64,000 bases of DNA, from the NCBI GenBank assembly GCA_030141605.1, contig JAQGDQ010000034.1:124001-188000 (forward strand), written 5' to 3'. This document shows positions 22,868-38,653 of the stretch, in pieces (within the stretch, counting starts at the first letter, position 1; every line of letters begins with the position of its first letter). The position numbers and the translations under genes are program-made. The notes below the pieces were generated by a model, which was given only the letters and a program-made list of their open reading frames with translations, was not told where the DNA came from and ran no database searches. Source of the stretch: Tubiluchus corallicola. Its lineage: Eukaryota; Animalia; Priapulida.

Positions 22868-25800
22868 TTAGCGTTTCTTTGTAATCTTTGATTTTTTGCC
22901 AGTCGTGGTGAGAAAAATGTCACTGTACTGCAATGGCATATAACCGTAAATCTGGATTAGTTCATTAATACATCTCGTTCTATTGTTTCTATGCATGTTT
23001 CCTGGTGCATGTTGTAGACCCTTGTACGTTTGCGCGGTATTATCAATTTTTTTGTACTTTTTTGGCACAATGCACACTCCCGCCACGTCCTTTAGTAGAT
23101 GTGAGATGGCAAAGTTGACTGCAATGTCGTCACAGTTGTTATAGTGGTCAATCATGTTAAATACGCTCTGTGGAAGTTCCTGAAAAACCCGGAAGTAACT
23201 CCTGTGAAGCAACATTGGCCCTAGAGATTAAATAAAAGTGATGCTGAGTAAATTGAAATAAGCTGAGGTGGGAGTTACTAGGGTCGCAGACTTTATGTAA
23301 AGCCCACCTCATACTCTATGTAAAGACCACCTCAGATTCTATATAAAACCCACCTCAGATTCTATATAAAGTCCATCTCAGGCACTATATAAAGTTCACC
23401 TCAGACCCTATGTAAAGCCCACCTCAGACTCTACATAATATAAAGTCCACCTCAGACTCTGTATAAAGCCCACCTCAAACTCTATATGAAACTCACATCA
23501 GACTCTATATGAAACCCACCTCATTATAATCACATACGTCAATATTTCTGTTTTCTCATCTGTTAGCAAGTTAATGATAGCCGGACTATTGCTTAACCGG
23601 AATCGGGTTATATAAAAAAATGTCAGGTGTACATAGGCTAAAGGTCGTAAAAATTCCAATGCCAGTAGTTTCGCCTTTTCTAGCTTGGCCTAGAATATCC
23701 TTATATGACACAGTAAAAACGTATATAGGGACTCAATCTTGGCCCATGCGGGCACGCCATCCTTGCATATAAAAGAAATAATAATGTCCTGTCGTGACGT
23801 CATAGTTATTATTTCTTTAAGTTAACTAAATCTGGAAACTTTACCTCCACCAAGATTCGAACCCAGATTTTCTCTTCGGCAAAATAGGGAAAAACAAAAT
23901 AAAAACAAAAATTGCTCTAATACAGAAATAGATGGCTAACCTGGAAGTATAATCGAATATTTTCCTCTAATATTGTATGTTATGTACTCAAATGATCCAT
24001 CTGGATTTCGCGCATGCGCTCTGCATTCAAATCCAAATATTTTGTTTGGCATCTAAACGAAAAGCACATTCAGTTGGGGCAATTTTATGCACTAGTACAA
24101 CAATTACTTTTTTTGTATAGTAATTAATTTTTCAGGTTAATACAGGTGCGTAATTATAATATTATAATTACACAAGAGCGCTCATCACCACTGATACTTC
24201 AAGTGTGACCTATTTATTTCATGAGATTTAACATAACAAGGGCACATACACTTGCTGAGCAAAGTTATTAAAATTTATGGAACAGTACACTTTAGATGAG
24301 ACGTTTAATTCAGCGCAAAATTTAATTTGCAATGTTAAGAAACGTAAAAATATAACATCCGAACAAAATTCGGCCTGTAGTGTACGATCGTCGAGTCATT
24401 TTTACTGCCACAAAAACTAAAGAATTCGTGTTCTACTTTGCTTCATTTCTGACGTAACGTGAACAAGTAAAGCATTGGGTTTGATTGTGAAAATAAGCTT
24501 ATCGCTGTAAAATCACGATTAAGTCGCTGAAGAGGTTGATTGACCATCATAAACTGATTAAAATTAAGCTATGACAATGGCCGTTTTCGCGTTACCATAT
24601 CTGAAGAAAACATATACCTGTTTCCAAGCGGCATAGGCTCTGAGAATGTCATATTCGCTAATTAATGTGTCATCATCACTAATTAAGACAGCTAAAACAT
24701 GAAAATAAAGACGAGATATAAATGACAAACGAGACAATACGTATAATTAAAAATAACATTAAAATTTTATGGCAATTCGCCATCTTTATTGCCAACGTTA
24801 TCTTGATACACTTTCATCTATATTTTATGTATTATTTAATCAACTTATGTATTTGTACATGTGTGTTCAAAAATGCCAATACACACACTTTGCCACAAAT
24901 GCTTACATTAATTTCAACCTTATGCAATACAATACCATTATATTTGTTATAAACATATAATCTAAAAGCAAGTTCGTTTAATTTTTTCGGGGGAAAACGT
25001 ATAAATTTTAAAATTTCCGAGACGTTTGATGGATGCTCTTGTTTACTTTAGCTCTGTGTTCCTTTTCTCCCTTTCTGTTTTTGTGCTTGCGCCATCTTTG
25101 ACCGTATTCCTGCCTATCTCTACCGCACACGGTGTCTTATTTTGCATTTTCTAGGAGTCTAAATTTGCAAATCTGCTATAAAAGCTGGCATCACTGATAC
25201 AATTTAATACTTTTATTAAACAAACAAAACGTTTATTGGGGTGCTCCCCACATTGTCAATTGTAAACAACTGTGAGTCAAAATCTTCAACAATTGGTATG
25301 ATCATAAACCGAAGTAATAAGGAAAATCTTTGGAATTGATAAAAGTATTTGTTCAATAAATAACGAAGTATAACTAATTTAATTAATAATTTAATATATT
25401 AATAAATGTAACAAAAAATTGTTTAATAGAGGTATAAATTTTCAGTTACTTGAAATGATAGATATTATTTAGCAATCAATATAGTTTTTCCTAGTGTTTA
25501 AAAATCTGCGGAATTTCAGAGCTGGAATTTGCGTCTCTGAAAACTATATCTACACTTGAGTGATACTGTTGTCACTAGAAAGTTAGTTATGCGAATTCTA
25601 AAGTGGCGTTTATGTAACATCCGGAATGCGCTATGCGTTAGACACCTGCAGAATAACTGCGGAATAAAAAACTAATAGGAAATAAATACAGAAAAAATAA
25701 CGCATTACGCAAGTCAGATAAACGGGTGCATAGAAAATAATATAAACCGATTTTATCTATTCCGCACCGCCATAGCGCGTACGCATTCCGGATGCTATAT

Positions 25801-26642
25801 AAACGCCACTTAATGCTACTTTTCTGGACCTGTACATCATGTAACCTCCATATTCGTGAAATGCCTTTGTTTTTGGACAATATATCTAAATAATATCTAT
25901 GACTGGAAATTACCATCTGTTAATAAATCAGGTGAGACTTTCCATCTATTCGCCAAGGTGTTTGTAGACGGAGTTACGACAACCAGCTTCTTGCCTCGAC
26001 CCTCCAATATGTACTGAGGAAAATCTGGTACATTTTCTCCTGAATAAACAAATTAGATGGAAATTAAAGCTACTGAGATTTACGAACTATTTTAGAATAA
26101 ATAAATGAAAGAGTGAATGAATAAATGAACAAACAAATGAATGAATGAATGAATGAATGAATGAATGAATGAATGAATAAACGAGTGAATGAATGAATGA
26201 ACGAACATGCGAATGAAAGGTACAATAAGTCACTCAGTTTTCACTTAACTCATTTCACTCAGTTTTCACTTAACCAGCAATCCATATCACTTAGCCATGC
26301 GTTTGTCCGTTCAAATGTCTTTCAGTCTGTCCAGTCACTCATTCATCTGACCATCAGTCCATTAAATCATGTGAAATCTATCTTACCCAAGTTGTGCCAG
26401 ATCATCACAATCTTGCTAACAGAATCCATGCTAGCGTAGTTCAAAAGCACCCTCATGAGTAAGTCATTACGTTTGTACGTAAGCAGTATCACAGTAAAAT
26501 CAGGAATGATGCCATGAATATTATAAGCATCATCACTCATCGCGTATTCATTTATCTTATCTTCATGAACAATCAAAAGAAGCTGAACGCCGAGAAATGC
26601 AGAGAAACAAATAAAGCACACCCATCGCAGCCATGTCTTCAT
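22868..26642 (-). CDS. EXTL2: Exostosin-like 2-like glycosyltransferase (GT64), 5 coding exons, 306 aa type II membrane protein
   Basis: Exons 26642-26387, 26039-25914, 24691-24618, 24052-23941 and 23220-22868, all GT-AG and phase-compatible (921 nt). N-terminal TM, FTVILLTYKR, IWHN, NTLANR, AVLISDDD (DXD), YSIIL, NNCDDIAVNF, RTRCINELIQIYGYMPL. Orthology rather than paralogy is unverified. Confidence 0.9.
23286..23523. repeat. ~23-24 bp minisatellite (CAGACTCTATATAAAGCCCACCT), about 10 copies, in the last EXTL2-like intron
   Basis: Periodicity visible directly in the sequence. Confidence 0.92.
25602..25810. mobile_element. PIF/Harbinger-type MITE (209 bp)
   Basis: ~29-bp TIR AGTGGCGTTTATGTAACATCCGGAATGCG / CGCATTCCGGATGCTATATAAACGCCACT, with TAA on both sides (3-bp TSD). 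Confidence 0.78.
26100..26205. repeat. (TGAA)n microsatellite
   Basis: Visible directly in the sequence. Confidence 0.9.
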
Positions 26643-27135
26643 ACCAAGAAAACTACTGCTTAACTAACGCGTCATAGATAAAATTTCTGAAATAAGACCA
26701 ACATTGTATAAGTGCTTGTGACGCAGACTCGGAAATCTAATCACATACTTAGGCACGTTGAAGAAATTCACGTACTTCTATGTCACGGTCAGACAACTTT
26801 TCGTGTAGCCCACGCGCTGCTAATAAGAAAAAGGTGCACGTAAAACCTACATAACAAGGTCATTGCTTTAAAAATGCTACGTTGGGTTTGATTTTAGTAA
26901 GAACAATTCGGTGACTTTTTTGTTTGTTTTTTATTTGCAGTGAAAGAAATACTTGATAATAAGCTACGTTCGACTGCGGTTCAAGAGTTCAAGCCTAGTC
27001 TAATAATAGTTTCACTCCCCTAACCACAACGTAGAATGAATCGCGTTTTTGCAAGTGTGAAATTGGTTAATTTGCGAGCTTGTTGGCTACCTGGCTGGCT
27101 GGCTTGCTGGCTGATTGTCTAAGTGAAAGTGACGG

Positions 27136-27214
27136 ACTAACTGACTGACTGACTGTCTGACTGACTGACTGACTGACTGACTGACTGACTGACTGACTGA
27201 CTGACTGACTGACT
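27136..27214. repeat. (CTGA)n microsatellite
   Basis: Visible directly in the sequence. Confidence 0.95.
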
Positions 27215-28039
27215 GAATAAATGAACGGACGAATTCACTTTATTCTTCAAGTTTGTTCACCTTATTTTATTGTAATTGTTGCTAATAATATGCTAATAAT
27301 CTCTAGCTAATAATCAAAGGGTAAAACTCATTCAAATGACCTGCAAACTTGCTACCTGGCCACCGGTCATTTTACCTTAACTCGATCTGCACAACAAGAG
27401 GTTTTTAACTTAACTTAACCAGGCAGAAAGAGCCGACAAAACACCTGCCTCTGTAAGTACGATGGAATTTCTCGTACAATTTCAGATGAACGCGCATAAT
27501 TACGGCATTTCACCGACCATTGTCTATTGTCAAGAGTTTATCAAGTTATTGTCAAGCGGAAAATCGGGCACTGACCAGTGGTTAGTACATTAACCCGTTC
27601 ATTAAGAGTTTCTAAAACCCCTACCTTTCGTGTGAATACCTCAGAGAAAACAGAAGTTACTAACGCCAGCCTTTAAAGGTAAAATGATTGTAGCAATAGG
27701 TTCTGTCCAAGGAATCAACGAGGTTGTGCGTTTTTTTTTCGTATATTTCTAAATAAATTGATTCAAATTTATTAAATAGCGGGAGCAGATGCGCTCAAGT
27801 TTCTCTTCTTCTGTTCTTTCCTGCTCTACGGGTGAAGATTGAAATTTATTGAATAGTTTTTTAAAGTCAATGTTTGTAGATATTGGTGAGTATTTATAGA
27901 CCACTATAACTGCTTGTGGTATGTTAATTATGCGAGCGCACGTAAGTCATTTTTGAAAAAATAGTATGTTTCCTTTCAATATTTTAAAGAGTAGATTGTT
28001 TTTACCTACAGTTTAAGAATGTGTCCGGTTTGCTTTAAC

Positions 28040-28160
28040 CGGGTGGGTCATGCCCTGAGATTATCAGAGGACAGTCCACTTATTAAAGCTTTCGATGAAT
28101 CAATTCAACCATCAAAGAAGCCAAGGGGTGGTAGATCGCTCACATGGATTTATTCAATTC
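28040..28160 (+). mobile_element. Short LINE ORF2 C-terminal fragment
   Basis: VGHALRLSEDSP...KKPRGGRSLTW matches the GH..R...RPRGRP..W tail motif of RTE-like LINEs. Confidence 0.55.
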
Positions 28161-28781
28161 CAGATTTGCTCAGTGGTCAAATATCCAGTGGTGATCTTGA
28201 ATGCTGTGATGGAAACTCCGGAAAAGCGAATCCGGAAAGCCAGCATTGGACTGGACACTCAATAAAGTATTTTTACAGCATTAACAAAGGCTCTTAAACC
28301 AAGCGGTCAAATATTGGCGCATACGCACCTCAGGCGGATTTGGCAAAGAGAACTAGTTTTGACAGATAATGAATGGGTGTTAAAAGACATCATGAAAGCT
28401 TCGCAAAGTTTGCAGTACTTATGACATCTACGCACAATGATGATTATAACTTCAACAATATTTATTGCCTCTAAAATGATTACTGACCACTCAAACACTC
28501 ACTCCTTGTTATGAGAATTTTAAAATCACAACACAAACGCTATAACTATATAACATCATTTAATGACCGGCAATTTTAAAATAATTACCTGGTACAATAC
28601 TGCATATATTAAACATCTAATTAATTAAAATGAGTACACAAAAACTTGCATTAAAAGTCAATTATTAAGATTAAATTAGACACAAAGTTATATCTTAATT
28701 ATATAATTAATGAAAAGTTAATGTCTTAGATTTTCTTTGGATTGTTATAATGAATGCTAGTGAATGTCTGTACAGTAAATT

Positions 28782-29040
28782 CAACTTTAACACTCAGTAG
28801 CTTATTTGAAAAAAGACTTTGCACTGGTTTGTCACATCTTGTTTAACAATCTACATGTTTTCAGATACAGCCGGACACATCTGATGTTGTGTCCTAATCC
28901 AAGTTTTAACTACTTGATTTCTTGGCTTATTACTCATGTCGCCATCATCATATTCTTCGCCAGAGTTCGCGCACTTGAGATAAAATCCAAAGGCTGTTAA
29001 TCAATTCCAATTAAAAACCATGCCAAAGGGCCATAAAACA
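28782..29040 (+). repeat. ~250-bp dispersed duplicate, copy A
   Basis: Near-identical to 30662-30897 apart from a ~20-bp indel. Confidence 0.9.
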
Positions 29041-29537
29041 TTCTTGATGATATCTTGGCTTAACTACCAAATTTGAAACCGATGAAAACCCTAAACACTG
29101 ATAATTGGTTGCACTCGTTTTATCAATGATACGAGTAGGCGTAAGTACATGCTGGGGCTATGGTCACCATCATCATAGTCGTCATTGTCGTCGTCGATGT
29201 CGTCATCGCTATCATCTCGATCTTATAGTTTAGGTGCTATTTTTAACTCAAAGTGGACATTAGCGATATTATCAACGTTTTCGCACTACAGAATTCCGTG
29301 CAGGTGTAAACAGGAAATACTTTTAGGAGACCCTAGCTGTTTAAGGTGAGTGACTCTATAATAGGCGTCTGTTAACGCGGTGCAAATCCCATTTAATCCA
29401 CTATGTTGCGCACATTTTGCACCAAGCGGATAAGTATCAATTATCAATTGAAATTACCCCTCCCATCCGCAGTTTTCGAATTGTTCAGCTTCAAGAACTC
29501 AAGTCTCAAAGGCCATTAAGTCTCTATTTTTTTGTTT

Positions 29538-29580
29538 TTCACAGGATCTTTCGCCCTTCACGGACTTCATCAGCTGTAAA
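29538..29580 (-). ncRNA. Minimal type I hammerhead ribozyme (Penelope-type)
   Basis: Minus strand TTTACAG-CTGATGA-A-GTCC-GTGAA-GGGC-GAAA-GA-TC-CTGTGAA: 7-bp stem I, CUGAUGA and GAAA cores, 4-bp stem II, vestigial stem III, UC cleavage site. Confidence 0.75.
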
Positions 29581-29706
29581 GCAGAGATACAATAACAATA
29601 CAGCTAAAAATAAAATGAAGGTACACAATGGCGATTTTGCACATGTATATGTATATCAATACAAAAAAACTTTATAAGTAGTTTTACCTGTAATTTGTAT
29701 CTCTAC

Positions 29707-29749
29707 TTTATAGCTGATGAAGTCCATGAAAGACAAAAGCTCCTGTGAG
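29707..29749 (+). ncRNA. Degenerate second hammerhead copy in inverted orientation
   Basis: TTTATAG-CTGATGA-AGTCC-ATGAA-AGAC-AAAA-GC-TC-CTGTGAG. The GAAA core has become AAAA, so it is probably inactive. Confidence 0.55.
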
Positions 29750-30661
29750 AAAAATTTGAGACTCAATGGGCACTTTGACTTCTTTACGATTATGACAATG
29801 GCAAGTCTCAGAAGAGCACTATCTTATATTCAGCTTCAAATGAATGTGAGAAATGGTGAAGAAATCTATAGCGCCCTGCGAAAAAATTAGAAGCAATGTG
29901 ACGTTGTGGGATAATGTCTCGCATGTTAACGGCGTTTTTTTGCCGTCAAATATTCAAATGGCTATCAGTGTTTTCAAAAATAGGCGTGCATGTTTTGCCT
30001 GCTTATTATGCTTTTCAAAAGAAAACATTTTTCGCATAGCAATTGGACAAGTCTTGTACATGAAACTAAATTACTAGTCTCAAACAGCAGTAATTGTGGT
30101 GTTACTGTAGATTTGTCACGCCTACTCAATTGTAACTGGTCAATAAACTACTTAAATTACGTTACCTGGCTTGACACGGGGTTCATGGAACTTTGATAAC
30201 AGTGACAAAGTCGTTGTATCAGCAGACAAACTGATGACATTTCGCTCAAGCTTGCGAGTAATTTGTTAAGTGAAAGTTCAAAAATCTGATCCTTGAGTTA
30301 GACGAACATTCTAAAATATTCATGACACTGCCTTTTCCCACTAACGACGAATGTGACTGAACTACCTTTAGGCATAGGTACGAGGCGGGGGGTCGGGAGG
30401 GGGCGACTGCTTGCTTTGCTTTTGTTTTGCTTTTGTAGACAGTCAGTCTATATCCTACATAAGTATAAATGTGTACCCGGTTGTTTTATTTGGAAATGAT
30501 ATAGCCTATCGAAAGTTAGAGGATTTTCAGGGCAAATTTCTTCTGCCCCCTTGTGACACTGCCTGCAGAATTTAATCTCAAGTTTTTACAAAGTGAGCCA
30601 CACAAGTAGATAATAAAACAGCTGATTTACATGACTAACATGAGTTACCTATTATAAATGT

Positions 30662-30897
30662 AACTTTAACACTCAATAGCTTATTTGAAAAAAGACTTTG
30701 CACTGGTTTGTCACATCTTGTTTAACAATCTACATGTTTTCAGATACAGCCGGACACATCTGATGCTAGCCTAATCCAATGTTTTAAATATTTGATTTCT
30801 TGGCTTATTACTCATGTCGCCATCATTATATTCTTCGCCAGAATTTGCGCACTGTTAATCAATTCCAATTAAAGACCACGCCAAATGGCCAAAAAAC
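30662..30897 (+). repeat. ~235-bp dispersed duplicate, copy B
   Basis: AACTTTAACACTCA...CCAAA(G/T)GGCCA is shared with 28782-29040. Confidence 0.9.
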
Positions 30898-31056
30898 GTA
30901 TTTGTATAAACAAATAGACTGATATACATTGATAAGCGTTTCTGGTACCGCTTCTGTACTTTCCTGGCTTTGTGTATTTCAATTTGAACTATTAACTAAC
31001 CAATTACTCGTATTTTTGAACTAACTACCTGTGTAATTATATTCTCGAACTAACCA

Positions 31057-31095
<39 letters not shown>

Positions 31096-33044
31096 CTCAA
31101 CTAAAATGTTTTCGTTGCACATAGTGGAAATACTTTGATCAGTATATGAAGGGTAGTCGAATAACCTTGAATACGATAATTAATCGTTATGTGAGCGATG
31201 CTTGCTTTAAAGTATTTGCTAGATCATTTTATAAAACAAAATGATGCGTATGTTTCAAAGATATTGAAAACGCAATGCACATAAAAAGTTATATCAATTA
31301 CCATTACTATCTATATATTCGTCTAAAATTTTCCTTTTTTTTCAGTTTTTAAAAATACGCAAAAACACATTTTTTAAATCATTACACAATTTCTGTTCCA
31401 CGGAAACTGCACGAAAGTTTACAAAAATTTTACCAACTTTTTTAGGAAGTTTACAAGTTACAAGTTTTAAATAACTTTCTAATTATAGGCTACGATTACA
31501 GTTGCATAATCATAACTGTTTTAGCAATGTTTTGGATTTTTCATAGATAAATGAAATGAATAACTACGTAATATTACGGTAGTGTGTGTTGCTATTCAAA
31601 TTCTGTTTTTATTGGCTCTCGCTTTGAAATTTTGCAGCCAAAGAATTGTTATATTACGCATTTTTTTATTTTTTTAGTTGTGAAATTTTTACCATGATTG
31701 GTATTGAGTTTTTACTGAAATTATTTGATTTTAGTTTTGTGATCAAAGCTTAAAGTGATTCAACCAGATTCTAGGGAAAAGGAAATGTGACAGATTTCGG
31801 GACAGAATCAATAACTATGTTAAAAACTGAGAATGTCGAAACAAACGATGAAAACAGAAAATAGAATTTAATTTTAACGTGACCTAAAGAACAGCCTCTA
31901 AACCATATTATAACTAACATTATGCTCACGATTGTACCAAGGTTCCATAACAATTCGTGATTGGTTCTAAATAAAAATAAAGACAGAATTAACAACCACG
32001 ATATATGTTATATAATGATGTATACAACAAGTAAAATAAAGCGGGCAAGAAAATAAGCAAGAACAAAAGGTGAAAACTTAAAATTAATTCAAAATGATCA
32101 AAAATTACGTGATAAGAAAGAACTGAGAAATCAAACAATGACAATTCAAACTAATTATCGGATAAATTTGCGTTAATGTGACCCAAATAGCAAATAAGTA
32201 AAACGAGCAAATATTAGTAATAAGCATGCAAACATTCAGATAAGAAATCAATTAAATTGTCAAAATATCAATCATTATAATCATAGTAAGAACGGTCACG
32301 AAATTTTAAAGCAATGCCAAGTCACATAAGAAGCTTGTAGCAAAGAAACAGGTAACCTGCCTTGCTGGTTTGAGTGTAAATTTTATCTCACTTAAATGCG
32401 GTAAATACAAAAGCGTAATATACAGAAGTGTTATAAGGACAAGTTTATTCAGAAGTCACGAAAGTATACATTAAAAATATCAAAACAGTGTGATTTTAAA
32501 CGGAAAAGATGGTAATTATGCTAAGTATGTATGATACCTGAAATTGTAACACTTGTTACACACAAAAAAATTAATATCAAAATAGAAAAAGTTTTAGATG
32601 ATGCGTAATATTTCTAGACGTGACAAATAAATTCAAAATTGATTAACACACACAATGTGCGGTAACTCGCGAATTAATGACGAAGTTTCAATTTTTAAAT
32701 AATTGTTCTGCAACTATAAAATTTGATCAATCAATTCTTTTCGCAATTTATGTATCGAATTTTCATTAGTATTTTTTATCTTTTTAAGAATTAGTCATTG
32801 TTTTAACGTGCGTAAATAAAGAAATGAGCAACAATAAAATAATTAACTAAACAAATATATTAATTTTATGAACAAAAATATATATAACCAGCTTATGAAA
32901 CAGACAAATAAATAAATAAATAAATAGTAAATAAATAAACAAAGTAATAAACAAGTGGATTAATTTATGCTTACTTTACTTATAGAAAGAATTGACAACA
33001 GAAGTTTAACTGCTCGGTCACGCACCGTTCTATGCTGGTGAATA

Positions 33045-35391
<2,347 letters not shown>

Positions 35392-36224
35392 CTTCCACAT
35401 AACTTAATTCACCCATTACACTATGCCTAAGACAAGTTTGATTGCAAAATTTAATCATACGTCTAATCACTGCTATGCCAAATAATGAATGCACCGTTTC
35501 TTACTAGCGTTTTCTTTCACATTTTTGCGCAAATTCTCTCGCTAGTCATGGCAGACAAGCTCTACGTATTGCGATAACTTGCGAAAGAAAGCTCTCTACT
35601 CAGAATGTTCCGTTAGGCAGTGCTCTTCTCCGGAAGTACGAACCCAGGTTATGACTTATGACACATTATGATCTGTTACATTTGCGATACATAGTTATTG
35701 GTAGTAGCTTAAAGTGCAGGTGACAAAAGTGTGTAAAAAATTAATGTTTCTTAAATGCGCGCGAAAGACAATAAGGCAGTCCGGATTGACCAAATGACCA
35801 TTAGTTATATTCGACAAAACCACGTTAATGCCGCTGAATCCGAGCCCCTTACCTTGAGCAGAGTCATTGACCTTGTTTGGGGCGCTTAGTTTAAACAGAA
35901 GGCGAAATTAGCGTTATATATCATTTGGCACTCTGTACGGAAGTTTAAATTTATGTGAATTGTTAGAATTTGTTGTTTTTAGTTTTAATGTGCAGTTACT
36001 AAAGCAAACTTTAACAAAAACTTGTAAACAGTAAAGAAAGTTAAATTTTAAGTTATAAGCAAATACATGAATGCGATTTTAAAATATTTGCTAATACATC
36101 AAGTTACAGTTTGCTGTGCCGTAGCTAGGTTTCTAGTACTTAATGCTAACAAGGATGCTACAAAGCCACAATAAATTCTATTTTGATACGAAACTTGATA
36201 GACAGGATAAGTGAAATAGTTAGA

Positions 36225-36635
36225 ATGCAGCCTGGATTTGAACCTGGGGCCTTCTGCTCAGACGTCTCAGATCACTAGGCCATCATTGGTCAAAGCAGTC
36301 TAAGTTCATCCCTTATAGATTGCTTACACTTGAGTGATTCTAACTAATTAAATTATTTTTTTTATCTCATTTTTTTATTAATGTTAGTTTTTATTTTGTT
36401 TTGGCTCAAAATTATTCACTGAGCATTAATTTCTTCATTTGATTTTATTTTTGTTTCAAAATTAATAAAAATGTAATCTAATTGGTTAGAATGACTTAAG
36501 TGTGAGCGATCTAACATTGGAAATATTGACTTTACTTAGCCAGGTATAAGTGGCGAAATTTTGGTTGCCTTGACCTTTAGAGAATGCATCATTTACATAA
36601 GCAAAAGGTCCCTCGTTCAATTCCAGGCTTCGTCC
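36225..36635. repeat. Imperfect fold-back: two divergent tRNA-like SINE heads flanking a ~45-bp inverted repeat
   Basis: Minus-strand head GGCCTAGTG...CAGGTTCAAATCCAGGC (36228-36282) and plus-strand head GTTCAATTCCAGGC (~36570-36630). Inner inverted repeat 36317-36360 versus 36468-36513. Confidence 0.55.
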
Positions 36636-36639
36636 AGAC

Positions 36640-36770
36640 GCTTTAGTCTGTTGGCAACGCGTCTACATTCCGTCAAGTAAGTCGATCCTGGGGCCGGGTC
36701 ATACCAAAGACTAAAAATGGTGCCAGCTGTTGCCCTGCCTGGCGCGTAGTATTTAGGATAAAAGTTGGGT
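36640..36770 (+). mobile_element. tRNA-derived SINE fragment (same family as 20420-20539)
   Basis: Core GGGTCATACCAAAGACTAAAAATGGTGCCAGCTGTTGCCCTGCCTG. Confidence 0.65.
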
Positions 36771-37115
36771 GACAAAAAGTTTTGTTATGTAGTTGCAATT
36801 TGTTATTTACAGTCTGCGGTAAAAGCCTCATGGCAGGCTTGCTCTTTCTGTTGAACGTAAAAAGCCAACTATAAATAAAGGTTATTTATATTATTAATTA
36901 TTACAACTTTTTCACGGTTCCCGTTTCCCAGATTCGGAATCGAAAATTTAATTAGTCGTGAGTTTGTAAAATCCTTTATAATGATCCTGACATCAGGATT
37001 GTAATAATTAAAAAAGCAATTTGTCAGGAAACTGGTTTGATACGTTTTGTCATATAAAGAGAACATGTAATCAATTAAGTTGACCTGCTGCGCCAATACG
37101 AAAATTATTTGACAG

Positions 37116-38653
37116 ACAGTCAACTACGATTAGAACACTTGACATACCCTGGTGGTCTAAGTAGTACTTATCACAAATCAGAAACTATCACAAATGAATC
37201 TTATGATGAGATACAATTGTCAGATAAATTTTATAGAAGAAAAAGCCAACCTGTAAGAATTAACATGTTTAGTGAGCGTAGACAATCATTGCGACTATTA
37301 CAACTGTTTTCAATACTATAAATGAAGCCAAAAAAGGAATAATTAGTACACTGATGATACTAAAATGTAAACGCGTAACTGGAAGAAATTGCCGAAAAAA
37401 TTACCTGATCTATGAGATTCGGAAAAAACATTATAATACAGTAATCAATTAGTCTAAGTCTACATAATAAAAACAACAGCAGTAAGCATTATAATAAAAA
37501 ACACAATTTCTACAATCTGAATGTCATACCTGAGATTAATTTTTTTGCATTGTAGTGCAATTTCTTCTATTTACGTCTACGTTTATTTTGACAATTTAAA
37601 TTCCAAACTGTTGATTTGTAAAGAAACTTTGTTCCTTTACATTTTAGTATAATCAGTGTACTAATTTATTCCTTTTGTGGCTTGATTTATAGTATTGAAA
37701 ACGGCTGTAATAATTGAAAAGATTGTCTACTCTTCACATAATTCACTAATATGCTTGTTATCCTTGTTCAGGGCTACCAACCTTTAAGTCACAATCACTG
37801 CGATGAACAATGCAAGCGAAAACGTAGAATTGACAAAGTGTGTCAGATGATTCCACAGGATATCATAAAGAAACATGAACGCTTCAAATACTTCATAAAA
37901 GTGGACGATCGTCATAAGCTCGTGTACTGTATGGTGCCTAAAGTTGGATCTAGCAATTGGCTAAGAACTTTAATAGCAGTTAATGTCAATGATTCAAACA
38001 CTTCGCCAGAAAACGTTTCATTCTCGGCTGCTCATCTCGACTTTCGCAAGTACGGCATAAGGCACCTTTCTAGTTACCCGTATAAGAGGCGGCGAGAAAT
38101 TTTAAACACTTACTTCAAATTTGTGTTTGTAAGAAATCCTTACGAGAGAGTACTATCGGCATATCGTTGTATGTTCACAGAAAAATACGTTGATGAAAAG
38201 CAGCAAAAACTTAGAGAAATATTAGCTAAGTGGTACAAACATAAAGACTACGATAAGCCTTCAGACAAAATAAACATAACGTTTCCTGAATTTCTCTTTT
38301 ATTTATCTGATCCAAAAATCAGGATTTATGACCCTCTGACAGTTGAACGCTCATCTCGTCTTGGGAACATGAATCCACACTGGACGCCATTTTTTGAACT
38401 TTGCAATCCATGCCTTGTTAAATATGACTTTATAGGCAAGCATGAAACAATGAACGAAGATGCTGCTGCCGTGTTAGCACAAGTTGGTTTAGAAAATGTC
38501 AAATTTCCAAGAATTAGAGACAATCAATATGGACCCAGCAGTGAGTATCTACGGCAGTACTACACTGATATCAAGCCAATGGTTATGAGGTCGTTGGAAA
38601 TGCTGTATAATATTGACTTTGACATGTTCAAGTATGAAAAAGTGGCAACATAA
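37116..38653 (+). CDS. Carbohydrate sulfotransferase paralog 2 (stem exon 37116-37252 plus catalytic exon 37772-38653); no intact signal-anchor exon of its own found
   Basis: Catalytic ORF intact: YCMVPKVGSSNW, FVRNPYERVLSAY, NPHWTPFFELCNPC, YDFIGKHETMNEDA. The stem exon has the same phases (1 to 0) as paralog 1 exon 2. Confidence 0.87.
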
